NCBI RefSeq assembly: GCF_002803295.2
Contig: NZ_PGGB02000005.1
Coordinates: forward strand, 60,059-92,058
Direction: 5' to 3'
Source of the DNA: Caedibacter taeniospiralis
Lineage (GTDB): Bacteria; Pseudomonadota; Gammaproteobacteria; Francisellales; Francisellaceae
Length of the DNA stretch: 32,000 nt
Positions 19,267 through 27,372 of the stretch are shown in pieces. The stretch's first letter is position 1. The number at the start of each line of letters is the position of its first letter. The notes beneath the pieces were generated by a model. It was not told the DNA's origin. It saw nothing but the letters and a program-made list of their open reading frames with translations, and did not search any database. The position numbers were made by a program, and so were the translations under genes.

Positions 19267-19411
19267 ACTGATAACGCTCCTTGAGATTTTGGTTAATGGT
19301 TTTGCCGCGTTCTATTCTATCAGAGTTTTTTTGCAAAATTTAGCAAGATTTTCAAGGAAAAGTTATCTCCTTTACGGTATGCTAAACGGCAGAATGGTAC
19401 TAGGTTTGGAA

Positions 19412-19906
19412 ATGATCGTGATAGATCAAGAAGGTTTCAGAGCAAATGTGGCGATCATCATTCTAAATGATCAAAACAAAGTGTTCTGGGGTCGTCGTGT
19501 AAACCAAAGTTCATGGCAATTTCCACAAGGAGGATTGAACTCCGGCGAAACGCCAATTGAAGCAATGTATCGCGAACTCAAAGAGGAGGTTGGTTTGATG
19601 CCTTATGATGTCGAGGTCATTGCTGCAACAAGAACATGGTTGCGATATCGACTTCCCAGATTTTTAATTAGAAGAAATTGTCCTTTGTGTATTGGTCAAA
19701 AACAGAAATGGTTTCTGCTCAGACTTAAATCACCCGAGAGTGCTATTAATCTTAATGCAAACATCAAACCCGAGTTTGATGAGTGGCGTTGGGTAAACTA
19801 TTGGTATCCAACAGGCAAAGTTGTCGCTTTTAAGCGTCATGTCTACCAAAAGGCGCTGGAGCATTTTTTCCCAGTGCTTAAAAATTTTTCACAAGAGCAA
19901 GAGTAA
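19412..19906 (+). CDS. rppH: RNA pyrophosphohydrolase (Nudix)
   Basis: The N-terminus [19 protein letters not shown] parallels enterobacterial RppH. The Nudix box is [24 protein letters not shown] chose the internal ATG at 19412 over the track start at 19289. Confidence 0.9.
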   Translation: MIVIDQEGFRANVAIIILNDQNKVFWGRRVNQSSWQFPQGGLNSGETPIEAMYRELKEEVGLMPYDVEVIAATRTWLRYRLPRFLIRRNCPLCIGQKQKWFLLRLKSPESAINLNANIKPEFDEWRWVNYWYPTGKVVAFKRHVYQKALEHFFPVLKNFSQEQE

Positions 19907-19912
19907 GCTAAG

Positions 19913-22171
19913 ATGTTTTGGCAGGCACTAGTAAAAATCATCGAACTTAAGCAGGATCTTGATGTTGTTCTGTCAATGTTTGCTAAAGATACATGCAAGC
20001 TTTTGAATATTGATGCGTGCAGTGTATTTATCCTGGATGACACTGAACACATCTACACGTTAAGCGCCTCCACCTTAGTGCCGACACTAAGATCGGGGAT
20101 GATCTATATTAACGCCAGGGACGACTTACTTGGCAAAGTCGCCTTGCGTGAAGAAGCACTTGTGGTTGCTGATATGTCTAAAGCGCCAAGCTATAGTGTC
20201 CTGCAAACGCTGTCGCGTAACAAACTTCAGTCACTCTTGGCAGCTCCCGTTGTTCATAAGGGAGAAGTGATCGCCATAATCGCTTTTCAGTTGAGTGACA
20301 AAGACAAAATTACCGAGAACTTACAGACCGATGTCGCGACCCTTTGCGCTAACCTTTCGTTGCCACTTAATCGTGCGATTCACATTGAGGATATTTCTGA
20401 GCAGATTGAAGACCAGCCTCAAAGCCCGTTGTTCTTTGATGGGATCAGTGCTAATGAAGGCGTGCAAAAGGGGGTTGCTGTTGGTCGCTATAACATCACT
20501 GATATTGAGGAAATTCCCGATAAATTAACTCAGTCTGAGGATGAAGAAAACTTATTTATTGCTGCAGTAAAAGAAGTCAAAGCTTCGCTAAAAGAAATGC
20601 TACAACGCATAAACTTGCTGGTTGGTAATAGCGAGGCTTCTTTATTTGAAGCTTATTTGCAAATGATTGACAGCAGTCGTTTTTATGATGCCATTATTCA
20701 TTACATTCGCCAGGGAATCTGGCTGCAAAGTGCGATTAAACGCGTGGTATTAGAGCAGGTTGCTATTTTTGAACAGATGGATGAGACGTATTTTGCTGAG
20801 CGCGCGAGTGACATTCGTGATTTAGGCAAGCGTGTTTTACTGGTGCTTGAAAATAAGATTTTGAAAAAGAGTCACTATGCGGTTGACACCGTGCTTGTTG
20901 CCAGTGAAGTAACGGCATCGATGATTGCTGAAGTTCCCAAGGGGCGCCTAAAAGCAATTATCTCCGAACATGGCTCCTCGTACTCTCATGCGGCTATCTT
21001 AGCCAAAGCATTATCCATTCCCTTTGTCACTGGCATTAAAGCCTTACCTGTTAGTTTTATTGATGGCAAAGAGGTGATTGTCGATGCCTATGTTGGACGC
21101 ATTTATATTCAACCCACGAAAGGGCTTAAAACTGCTTATGAGAGATTAATCAAGCATGAAAGCCAAAAAGCGGTTGAGCTGCAAGCGATAAAAGAACTCC
21201 CTAGCGAAACACTGGATGGGCATGCTATTGAGCTTAAGGCAAATGTTGGCTTGATTGCAGATCTGGATAGAGCTGTCACCCAAGGGGCTGAAAGCGTTGG
21301 TCTTTACCGCTCTGAAATCCCATTTATGATCCGTGAGCGTTTTCCCAGCGAGGATGAACAGCGGATTATCTACCAGCAAATTTTATCCACATTTCCCAAC
21401 AAACCCGTTGTACTGCGTATTTTAGATGTGGGTGCTGATAAGACCTTACCTTATTTTTATGAAGAGGAGCAAAACCCTGCATTGGGCTGGCGCGGTATCC
21501 GCATGATGCTGGATCAATCCAATTTGTTTTTAATGCAAATCAGAGCAATGCTCAAGGCAAGCCTGCACCATAATAACCTGCGCATTTTACTACCAATGAT
21601 CACCACGATTGAAGAGGTTAAAGAAGCAAAGAAACTGATTCGCCAGGCCTACAAAGAAGTCGTTGAAGAGGGTTTTGACATTGAGCTTCCTGCGATTGGT
21701 GTCATGATTGAAGTGCCAGCAGCAGCCATTCTTATTGATCGCATCATCGGTTTAGTTGATTTTGTCTCCATCGGTTCAAACGATTTAGCGCAATATATTT
21801 TAGCAGTTGATCGCACTAACGAAAAAGTTGCTTCGTTGTACGACCAGCTACATCCTGCGATGATTAGAGTACTTTATCACTTAGTTAAAACCACAAAAAA
21901 ACACAACGCAGAAATTTCTTTATGTGGTGAGCTTGGTGGCAATCCTCTGGCAACTGCTTTGCTTGTTGGCATGGGCTTTGATAGCTTAAGCATGAATGCC
22001 GCTGTACTTCTTAAGGTGAAACATGTTTTAAGAAATGTTTCCTACAAACAGTGTCGGAATGTCTTAAAACACGTACTCAAACTAGCAACCACTGAAGAGG
22101 TGCACACTTATTTAGAGAATTTTCTCGTTGAGAATGACTTAGGCGGACTGATTCGCGCGGGGATTAGCTAA
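19913..22171 (+). CDS. ptsP: phosphoenolpyruvate-protein phosphotransferase PtsP (EI-Ntr) with N-terminal GAF domain
   Basis: 752 aa with an N-terminal GAF domain. The phospho-His region reads GSSYSHAAILAKALSIP and the PEP-utilising TIM barrel carries GSNDLAQY. The conserved rppH-ptsP adjacency is present. Confidence 0.9.
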   Translation: MFWQALVKIIELKQDLDVVLSMFAKDTCKLLNIDACSVFILDDTEHIYTLSASTLVPTLRSGMIYINARDDLLGKVALREEALVVADMSKAPSYSVLQTLSRNKLQSLLAAPVVHKGEVIAIIAFQLSDKDKITENLQTDVATLCANLSLPLNRAIHIEDISEQIEDQPQSPLFFDGISANEGVQKGVAVGRYNITDIEEIPDKLTQSEDEENLFIAAVKEVKASLKEMLQRINLLVGNSEASLFEAYLQMIDSSRFYDAIIHYIRQGIWLQSAIKRVVLEQVAIFEQMDETYFAERASDIRDLGKRVLLVLENKILKKSHYAVDTVLVASEVTASMIAEVPKGRLKAIISEHGSSYSHAAILAKALSIPFVTGIKALPVSFIDGKEVIVDAYVGRIYIQPTKGLKTAYERLIKHESQKAVELQAIKELPSETLDGHAIELKANVGLIADLDRAVTQGAESVGLYRSEIPFMIRERFPSEDEQRIIYQQILSTFPNKPVVLRILDVGADKTLPYFYEEEQNPALGWRGIRMMLDQSNLFLMQIRAMLKASLHHNNLRILLPMITTIEEVKEAKKLIRQAYKEVVEEGFDIELPAIGVMIEVPAAAILIDRIIGLVDFVSIGSNDLAQYILAVDRTNEKVASLYDQLHPAMIRVLYHLVKTTKKHNAEISLCGELGGNPLATALLVGMGFDSLSMNAAVLLKVKHVLRNVSYKQCRNVLKHVLKLATTEEVHTYLENFLVENDLGGLIRAGIS

Positions 22172-22233
22172 CTCCAATAACTAATTTGAAAATCGCGCTT
22201 TGACAAAAATAAGAATTTAGAAAAGGAAAGAGG

Positions 22234-23088
22234 ATGATAAAAGGGTATGGTTTTGGTTTTCTCTATGTTTTTCTTGTCGCTGCTTCGACCATTTGGCTAA
22301 ACAGTCTGGGTCAAGGCATAACCATTCCTATCCTTTTATTTTATACCTCGCTGACCTCAATATTGATTTTCAATTTGGTGAATATTAATCGGTTTAAGCA
22401 AAACCATGCGCTAATTTTGAGTTCCAAGAAAAATTGGCTTTATATGTCAATTTGCCTAATCTTCGTCTGGTATTTTACCTACTATGCAACAATTCACAGT
22501 TCTGCTGAATTTTTCATTGCGACAGCGTTTTTGACGGCAGCATTTATTTCTTCAGGGCTTGCCAAGAAATATTTTAAAACCTTGGCTTGTGTGTTCTCTT
22601 TGGGGTTGGTTTATTTTTATTCTTCTATCGATTCGCCTATCACTTTAGGGACCGCCATGCTTGCAGGGGCAGCAACTTATGCCTATTACCGAAGTTCTTA
22701 TCAATTTAGCCAAGAAACAAAAATGAGTGCGTTGGCAATTCTCTCCATTCGATTTTATCTGGTTTTGCTTTTTGCAGTGCTTTACATTGTGGCTTCAGGC
22801 GAGCTCATTCATCTAAAAATTTCGATTGATGAAATCGCGGTAATTGTCTTATTTGCATTGGTGAACATGGTAATGCCCGCTTATTTGTCGCAAACCTCTT
22901 TGCATGCTATCGGTGTCAGTAAGTTTACTTTTTTAAACACGCTCATCCCTGCTTTAACCTTCTTTTTGGATGCCATTTTTAATCATACTTGGCATATTCA
23001 AATGCTTGTTGCTTGTCTTTGTGCTACGCTGACCCTGAATGTAGATCAATGGGGACGGGCATTTAGCGCCCGCCAGCAACGTCAATAA
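22234..23088 (+). CDS. polytopic membrane protein, DMT/EamA-like permease (tentative)
   Basis: 284 aa with about 10 hydrophobic segments and a strong Shine-Dalgarno sequence (AAGGAAAGAGG). The family call rests only on size and topology. Confidence 0.45.
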   Translation: MIKGYGFGFLYVFLVAASTIWLNSLGQGITIPILLFYTSLTSILIFNLVNINRFKQNHALILSSKKNWLYMSICLIFVWYFTYYATIHSSAEFFIATAFLTAAFISSGLAKKYFKTLACVFSLGLVYFYSSIDSPITLGTAMLAGAATYAYYRSSYQFSQETKMSALAILSIRFYLVLLFAVLYIVASGELIHLKISIDEIAVIVLFALVNMVMPAYLSQTSLHAIGVSKFTFLNTLIPALTFFLDAIFNHTWHIQMLVACLCATLTLNVDQWGRAFSARQQRQ

Positions 23089-23809
23089 AACTTCCTGTGA
23101 CATACGAGGCTTCATCGGACAACAACCAAAGAATGGCATTTGCTACTTCACCTGGCTCACCACCTCTTTGCATCGGTAAGGAATCTTTGATGCGATCAAC
23201 CCGATTAGGCTCACCACCGCTGGCATGGATATCAGTATAAATGAATCCAGGTCTGACACAGTTCACACGAATTCCCTCATTTGCCACTTCTCGTGATAGG
23301 CCTATGGTTAAAGTATCGATTGCTCCTTTTGAGGCGGCATAGTCCACATATTCTCCAGAGGAACCTAAGCGTGATGCGGCAGAGGAAACATTAACAATCG
23401 CACCTCCACTTCCCCCTTGTTTCGTAGACATGCGTTTCACAGCCTCACGTGCGCATAAGAAATGGCTTGTGATGTTGGTCGTGAAAATTCGGTTGAGTCG
23501 GGCCATATCCATTTGATCAACACGCATTTTTTGCTCTAGGATTCCCACATTGTTGACTAAGGCTGTTAGGAGACCTAGTTCTTTGTCTACCGTTTTAAAG
23601 AGCTTTTCAACAACGGATTCTTGGCTAACATCCCCTTCAATAGCAATTGCTATCCCGCCAGTTTTTTGGATTTGAGCAACCAAATTCTGAGCTGACTGTT
23701 GCTTACGAAGGTAGTTAATACATACAGCGTAACCTTGTGCTACCGCTTTTAATGCAGTTTCAGCACCAATTCCACGGCTTGCACCTGTGATCAACATTAC
23801 TTTTTGCAT
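23063..23809 (-). CDS. short-chain dehydrogenase/reductase (classical SDR)
   Basis: TGASRGIG cofactor motif, NNVG, and the catalytic YAASK motif. 248 aa with an AAAGGA Shine-Dalgarno sequence. Confidence 0.85.
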   Translation of the reverse strand: MQKVMLITGASRGIGAETALKAVAQGYAVCINYLRKQQSAQNLVAQIQKTGGIAIAIEGDVSQESVVEKLFKTVDKELGLLTALVNNVGILEQKMRVDQMDMARLNRIFTTNITSHFLCAREAVKRMSTKQGGSGGAIVNVSSAASRLGSSGEYVDYAASKGAIDTLTIGLSREVANEGIRVNCVRPGFIYTDIHASGGEPNRVDRIKDSLPMQRGGEPGEVANAILWLLSDEASYVTGSFIDVAGGR

Positions 23810-23844
23810 GTGGTAGTCCTTTCTCGGTCTGGCACCTCATTATT

Positions 23845-24534
23845 CTAGTCAATATTGGACTTACTGATAATGTGCGTACTCCATTTTTTCTTGAGCAGCA
23901 GGCATTTTTTGTTGAGGTAGTTTAACGGAAAGGGCATGGGGCGCATAATATCAACCATCAAGATAACGCGAATGCTGTCGCTGTGATTCGTGACTTCATG
24001 GTCATAGCGATCATCAATGATAATGCTTTCACCCATTTTCCAAGTATAGGTCTTGTCAGATACCCTAATAAAAGGAGGGTTGTTTTTGGGGATCGTAATT
24101 CCAAGGTGATACCTCAGTATGCCTGCATAAGGGCCCTGATGTGCTGCAAGGCAGACGCCAGGCTCCAGCACAGCGATCGTTACATTAATCGGATCGGGCA
24201 TGCCTTTGATAAGCTCAAGTAGTTTAGGGCAATCTTTTTGGGCATGGGGGTTGATTTGCCACATGAAAGACACATAGTAGAGTTTCCAGTTTTCAGAAAC
24301 CTCTTTGGCTCGAATGGGATCAATATCTTTGTAGGCAGTCAAATTTCTGGTTGAGACTAGCTGATCAATTTCTTCTTTAATTTCATCAAAGTGGTCTTCT
24401 AATATTTTTGAGTCTGGAAAAACCTTTTTTGAATCCAAAAAAGGCGGGCGCCTGTCCCAGCCTGCATAAGTTAAAAAAAGAGCATTTAAGAGGCTTCTGA
24501 AAAAAGCGCTATTCTTACTGATTGATCCCTTCAT
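23845..24534 (-). CDS. aspartyl/asparaginyl beta-hydroxylase-family Fe(II)/2OG oxygenase (soluble, LpxO/AspH-like fold)
   Basis: HQGPYAGILRYHLGITIP ... IIIDDRYDHEVTNHS ... RVILMVDIMRP matches the family core (PF05118-type). It lacks the obvious membrane anchors of LpxO. Confidence 0.7.
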   Translation of the reverse strand: MKGSISKNSAFFRSLLNALFLTYAGWDRRPPFLDSKKVFPDSKILEDHFDEIKEEIDQLVSTRNLTAYKDIDPIRAKEVSENWKLYYVSFMWQINPHAQKDCPKLLELIKGMPDPINVTIAVLEPGVCLAAHQGPYAGILRYHLGITIPKNNPPFIRVSDKTYTWKMGESIIIDDRYDHEVTNHSDSIRVILMVDIMRPMPFPLNYLNKKCLLLKKKWSTHIISKSNID

Positions 24535-24545
24535 TTTTCCCTCTC

Positions 24546-25379
24546 TTAATTTCTAGGTTTTCTGGCAATGATATAGCAGAACTGGCCTATTTTTTGTCTG
24601 AGTTTATCCCTGGACTGAATATAGTCATGAATTTTCCCACTTTCTTTTAAAGAGGTTAATTTATTCAGTACCCCATTGAGCTCATCTGGGGTTAATAAGG
24701 AAAAATGCGAGTCGCCATCCCTGAATTCTTTCTTATAAAGAGAGTCAGCATCGAAATATCCATTGTGTTGGATGATGGTAGAAGTGGGTACGATTTTTTC
24801 TGGGGTGGCATAGCCAAACGTATTGAGTATTTCTACCAATTGATCATCAGATAAAAAGCGTTTTTTCATTCTATCTACGGCAGGCTTAATCAATTCACCC
24901 CACCACACGCCATCATCCAATTGTTCGTGAGTGATGGTGTTGATGATCAATCTCCCATTGGGTTTTAAAGCCTTAAGCGCATATTCAAAAAAGCGTCTGT
25001 GATTTTTAAAGTTTGTGTCTACTTCATCTATGTGATGAAGCGACTGGTTGCACATAATAGCATCGAATGTATTTTCTTTAAATGGAAGCTCAGAAATATC
25101 ACATCGAATTAGGTCATCATTTTTCAGGTCTTTTTCTGTATATTTTTCTTTTGCTTTGGCAAGCATTCCCTGGCTAAAATCTGCGGAAATCACATTTGGA
25201 ATGAATTTTTTTAAAGGGACTGCATAGTTACCTGTACCACACCCTGCATCCAGAACCTTAATATTTTCCAGTTTCTCCTGTATCGTTAGAATGTAGCCAA
25301 GGACAATTTCAATACCGACTGCGCTTCTGGTTTTATCATAATTTTTGCTGGTTTCGTCATAGCGCTCATACTTACTCAT
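24546..25379 (-). CDS. class I SAM-dependent methyltransferase
   Basis: Motif I VLDAGCGTGNYA, followed by post-I and motif II spacing typical of the Methyltransf_11/25 type. Its start overlaps the stop of the upstream Trm112-like gene (ATGA). Confidence 0.85.
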   Translation of the reverse strand: MSKYERYDETSKNYDKTRSAVGIEIVLGYILTIQEKLENIKVLDAGCGTGNYAVPLKKFIPNVISADFSQGMLAKAKEKYTEKDLKNDDLIRCDISELPFKENTFDAIMCNQSLHHIDEVDTNFKNHRRFFEYALKALKPNGRLIINTITHEQLDDGVWWGELIKPAVDRMKKRFLSDDQLVEILNTFGYATPEKIVPTSTIIQHNGYFDADSLYKKEFRDGDSHFSLLTPDELNGVLNKLTSLKESGKIHDYIQSRDKLRQKIGQFCYIIARKPRN

Positions 25380-25561
25380 TTGCTTAACTCCTTGTCGCTG
25401 ATTTTGATTGCTTCACTGCTGATTAAATTGGGTATGCCATCCTTGATGAGATAGGCGACACCGATCTCTTTTGAGATTAAGCGGTTATTTGCCTCATCAT
25501 AAATTAGAGGTTGCCTGGTGGTTGGGCAAACAAGATAATTGAGTAGTTCCTTGTTAAACAT
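25376..25561 (-). CDS. Trm112p-like / UPF0434 (YcaR-like) small protein
   Basis: The 61-aa MFNKELLNYLVCPTTRQPLIYDE...AYLIKDGIPNLISSEA aligns with the YcaR/Trm112 pattern (LL..L.CP...L.......L.......YP..DGIP.L). I chose the internal ATG at 25561. The zinc-knuckle cysteines are mostly absent. Confidence 0.7.
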   Translation of the reverse strand: MFNKELLNYLVCPTTRQPLIYDEANNRLISKEIGVAYLIKDGIPNLISSEAIKISDKELSK

Positions 25562-26603
25562 TTTTAGCGTTCTCCGTTGCTGAGTTGAAGTTAATGATAG
25601 ATTGTAAAGGTACTGGGGAAAAGCCAAGGCGTTCTTTTATAGCCTGTGTTGTGCGTCCTGCCTCAATGATCTTGTAATTATGTTGTAGGGCATATTGATA
25701 CAAATTGACATACAACATGGTGTAAGGGCTGTATTCAGTTAAGGAGTAATCCACCCCAAGCGCCCAAAAATGCAGCGTGTCATGGTCTAAAAATACGATA
25801 CCAGCAGCGACTCGCTGCTCGCCATGCTTGATCTCAAGTACCGTTGCAATGGCATCGCAGCTTTTTAGAAAATTGTACATCGGGCCTTTCGGATAGTAAG
25901 CCCCTGTCCCATATTTGTCAGTGGTCTGATGAATCAAATCGACAACCGCTTCTAAATCAGCATCCCGAATGTTGTACCACTTTGCAGAGGAGTCGGTTGC
26001 ATTGTATTTTCGTATTTGCCTATTTACTTCTTGTCGCCCATGTCTAGGTAGCTTTGCAATAATTTCATCTAAACTGGAGTGTGGAGCTATCTCTGTCCTA
26101 AAACGATTCCACATAGGATTGATTTTGTACTCATGCTTGCTAAAAATATCCAAGGGATAGCTTAAGGAATGAGTATCAATATTTAAAACACCGCAGCATT
26201 CTATTTGTTCTTTTTGGCGGATTGCTTTCAAAGAGCTCAAGATTTTTTCAATTACGATGTTTTCATGGCCTTTGGCCGCCAAAATTCTTGAATCGCTAAC
26301 GTGCATAATATGAGAGAAGAGCGCTTTGGTATCAGCAGAAAAATCATAGTTAGTGCTTTGGCTTAGCACTTTGAAGGTGTCTACATTTTTTTGTAGGTAT
26401 AAAGGGAGAAAGCCAACAATATCATCCTTGTGTTTAACAACGATGTAGAATGTTTTTAAGGTAGGAAGCAACGGAAATTGCTCAACAGCATTTAAAAGTT
26501 CCCAGCTATAAAATACAGATGCCCCCACAGATTTTTGAAATTTTTCGTATGGAGCGTGTTCAATGCTCTTAAGACCTTCAAAAACAGAAACTTCAAAACT
26601 CAA
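25554..26603 (-). CDS. FemAB-like / GNAT-fold acyltransferase family protein (PF04339 / PF13480-like)
   Basis: 349 aa. The C-terminal LHFWALGVDYS...SPYTMLYVNLYQYALQHNYKIIEAGRTTQAIKERLGFSPVP resembles the conserved end of the FemAB-like family. It starts at TTG, preceded by an AGGGGG Shine-Dalgarno sequence. Confidence 0.55.
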   Translation of the reverse strand: MSFEVSVFEGLKSIEHAPYEKFQKSVGASVFYSWELLNAVEQFPLLPTLKTFYIVVKHKDDIVGFLPLYLQKNVDTFKVLSQSTNYDFSADTKALFSHIMHVSDSRILAAKGHENIVIEKILSSLKAIRQKEQIECCGVLNIDTHSLSYPLDIFSKHEYKINPMWNRFRTEIAPHSSLDEIIAKLPRHGRQEVNRQIRKYNATDSSAKWYNIRDADLEAVVDLIHQTTDKYGTGAYYPKGPMYNFLKSCDAIATVLEIKHGEQRVAAGIVFLDHDTLHFWALGVDYSLTEYSPYTMLYVNLYQYALQHNYKIIEAGRTTQAIKERLGFSPVPLQSIINFNSATENAKNV

Positions 26604-26625
26604 GATCGCCCCCTAGCTAATTTAT

Positions 26626-26655
26626 ATTCTATGGTGTCGTGATTTAATAAATCAA
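26626..26655 (-). promoter_or_regulatory. candidate sigma70 promoter for the minus-strand 5-gene operon
   Basis: On the minus strand: TTGATT, an 18-nt spacer, then TAGAAT, about 20 nt upstream of the TTG start. This is pattern matching only. Confidence 0.3.
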
Positions 26656-26982
26656 TGGCACTACCTCAAGCAAGCACAGGTAAGTAACCACAAGATTTTA
26701 ATCTCTTCGGGATATATTTCCCGCTGCTTGCGGCAGGGAGTTTCATTTGAGCCCAGTTTTCAAATTTATTATGATTTTTTGCAAAAAAGCAATCAAATGG
26801 AAATGAAACTTAGGAGCGAATTCTAGCGTAAAACGTAAGGCAATACAAAACAAAAATTAGGTTTTTGCTATTTCAGGGAAGTGTAAGAAAAAGTGATGAA
26901 GGTGTTGTTTAATTCCTGTAAATATTGTAATTTTATGGCAGTTCGCACAAACTTGGCATAGCTCAGGTAAAGAGATAACGAA

Positions 26983-27372
26983 GTGATTAAGATTCAACTT
27001 AATTAGGGAAGCACAATGCTGTGAAAATGTGCGTAAATTACGTTGGTCAAAGGGCGTGATCTGTGCCCATATTGCCAAGCCCTGTCAGAAGAGATTATGA
27101 AGAGAAGGAGAGTGGGGAAAAGCATGTTCTGTCCACGTTATCGTTGCGAACGATGTCATCAGGACTTTGATGACTTAACTAATAGCATTTTCACAGCGTG
27201 CCATCAACCCCTGAGGGTGTGGATTTTACGCCTTTATTTTATGGGTTTAAAGTTATCCAATGAGCAGATTGCAAAGAAGTTTGTGTATAATGCAAGAAAA
27301 AAGAGAAAGGTCTTACCTGACCACTCTTTAGAGGCTTTTTTATGTAGAAAACCAACATTGGAGAAAGCATGA
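26983..27372 (+). pseudogene. IS1595-family transposase remnant (N-terminal zinc-ribbon/HTH part only, frameshifted, DDE domain missing)
   Basis: One frame reads LIREAQCCENVRKLRWSKGVIC. It continues in another frame as CPYCQ...YRCERCHQDFDDLTNSIF...PLRVWILRLYFMGLKLSNEQIAKKF. This matches the transposase zinc-ribbon N-terminus of IS1595/ISXO2-like elements. No catalytic domain follows. Confidence 0.55.

Noticed and set aside
19267-19411. Sigma54 (TGGCAC-N5-TTGC) promoter for glnA
   Set aside because: I searched the minus-strand sense of the region (GCAA-N5-GTGCCA on the plus strand) and found no acceptable match. The TGG...TTGC string at about 19292-19307 is on the wrong strand for glnA and has off-consensus spacing.
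26857-27078. 73-aa minus-strand ORF in the spacer between the two accessory operons
   Set aside because: It lies antisense to the transposase remnant, has no Shine-Dalgarno sequence or family resemblance, and has low-complexity composition. It is probably spurious.
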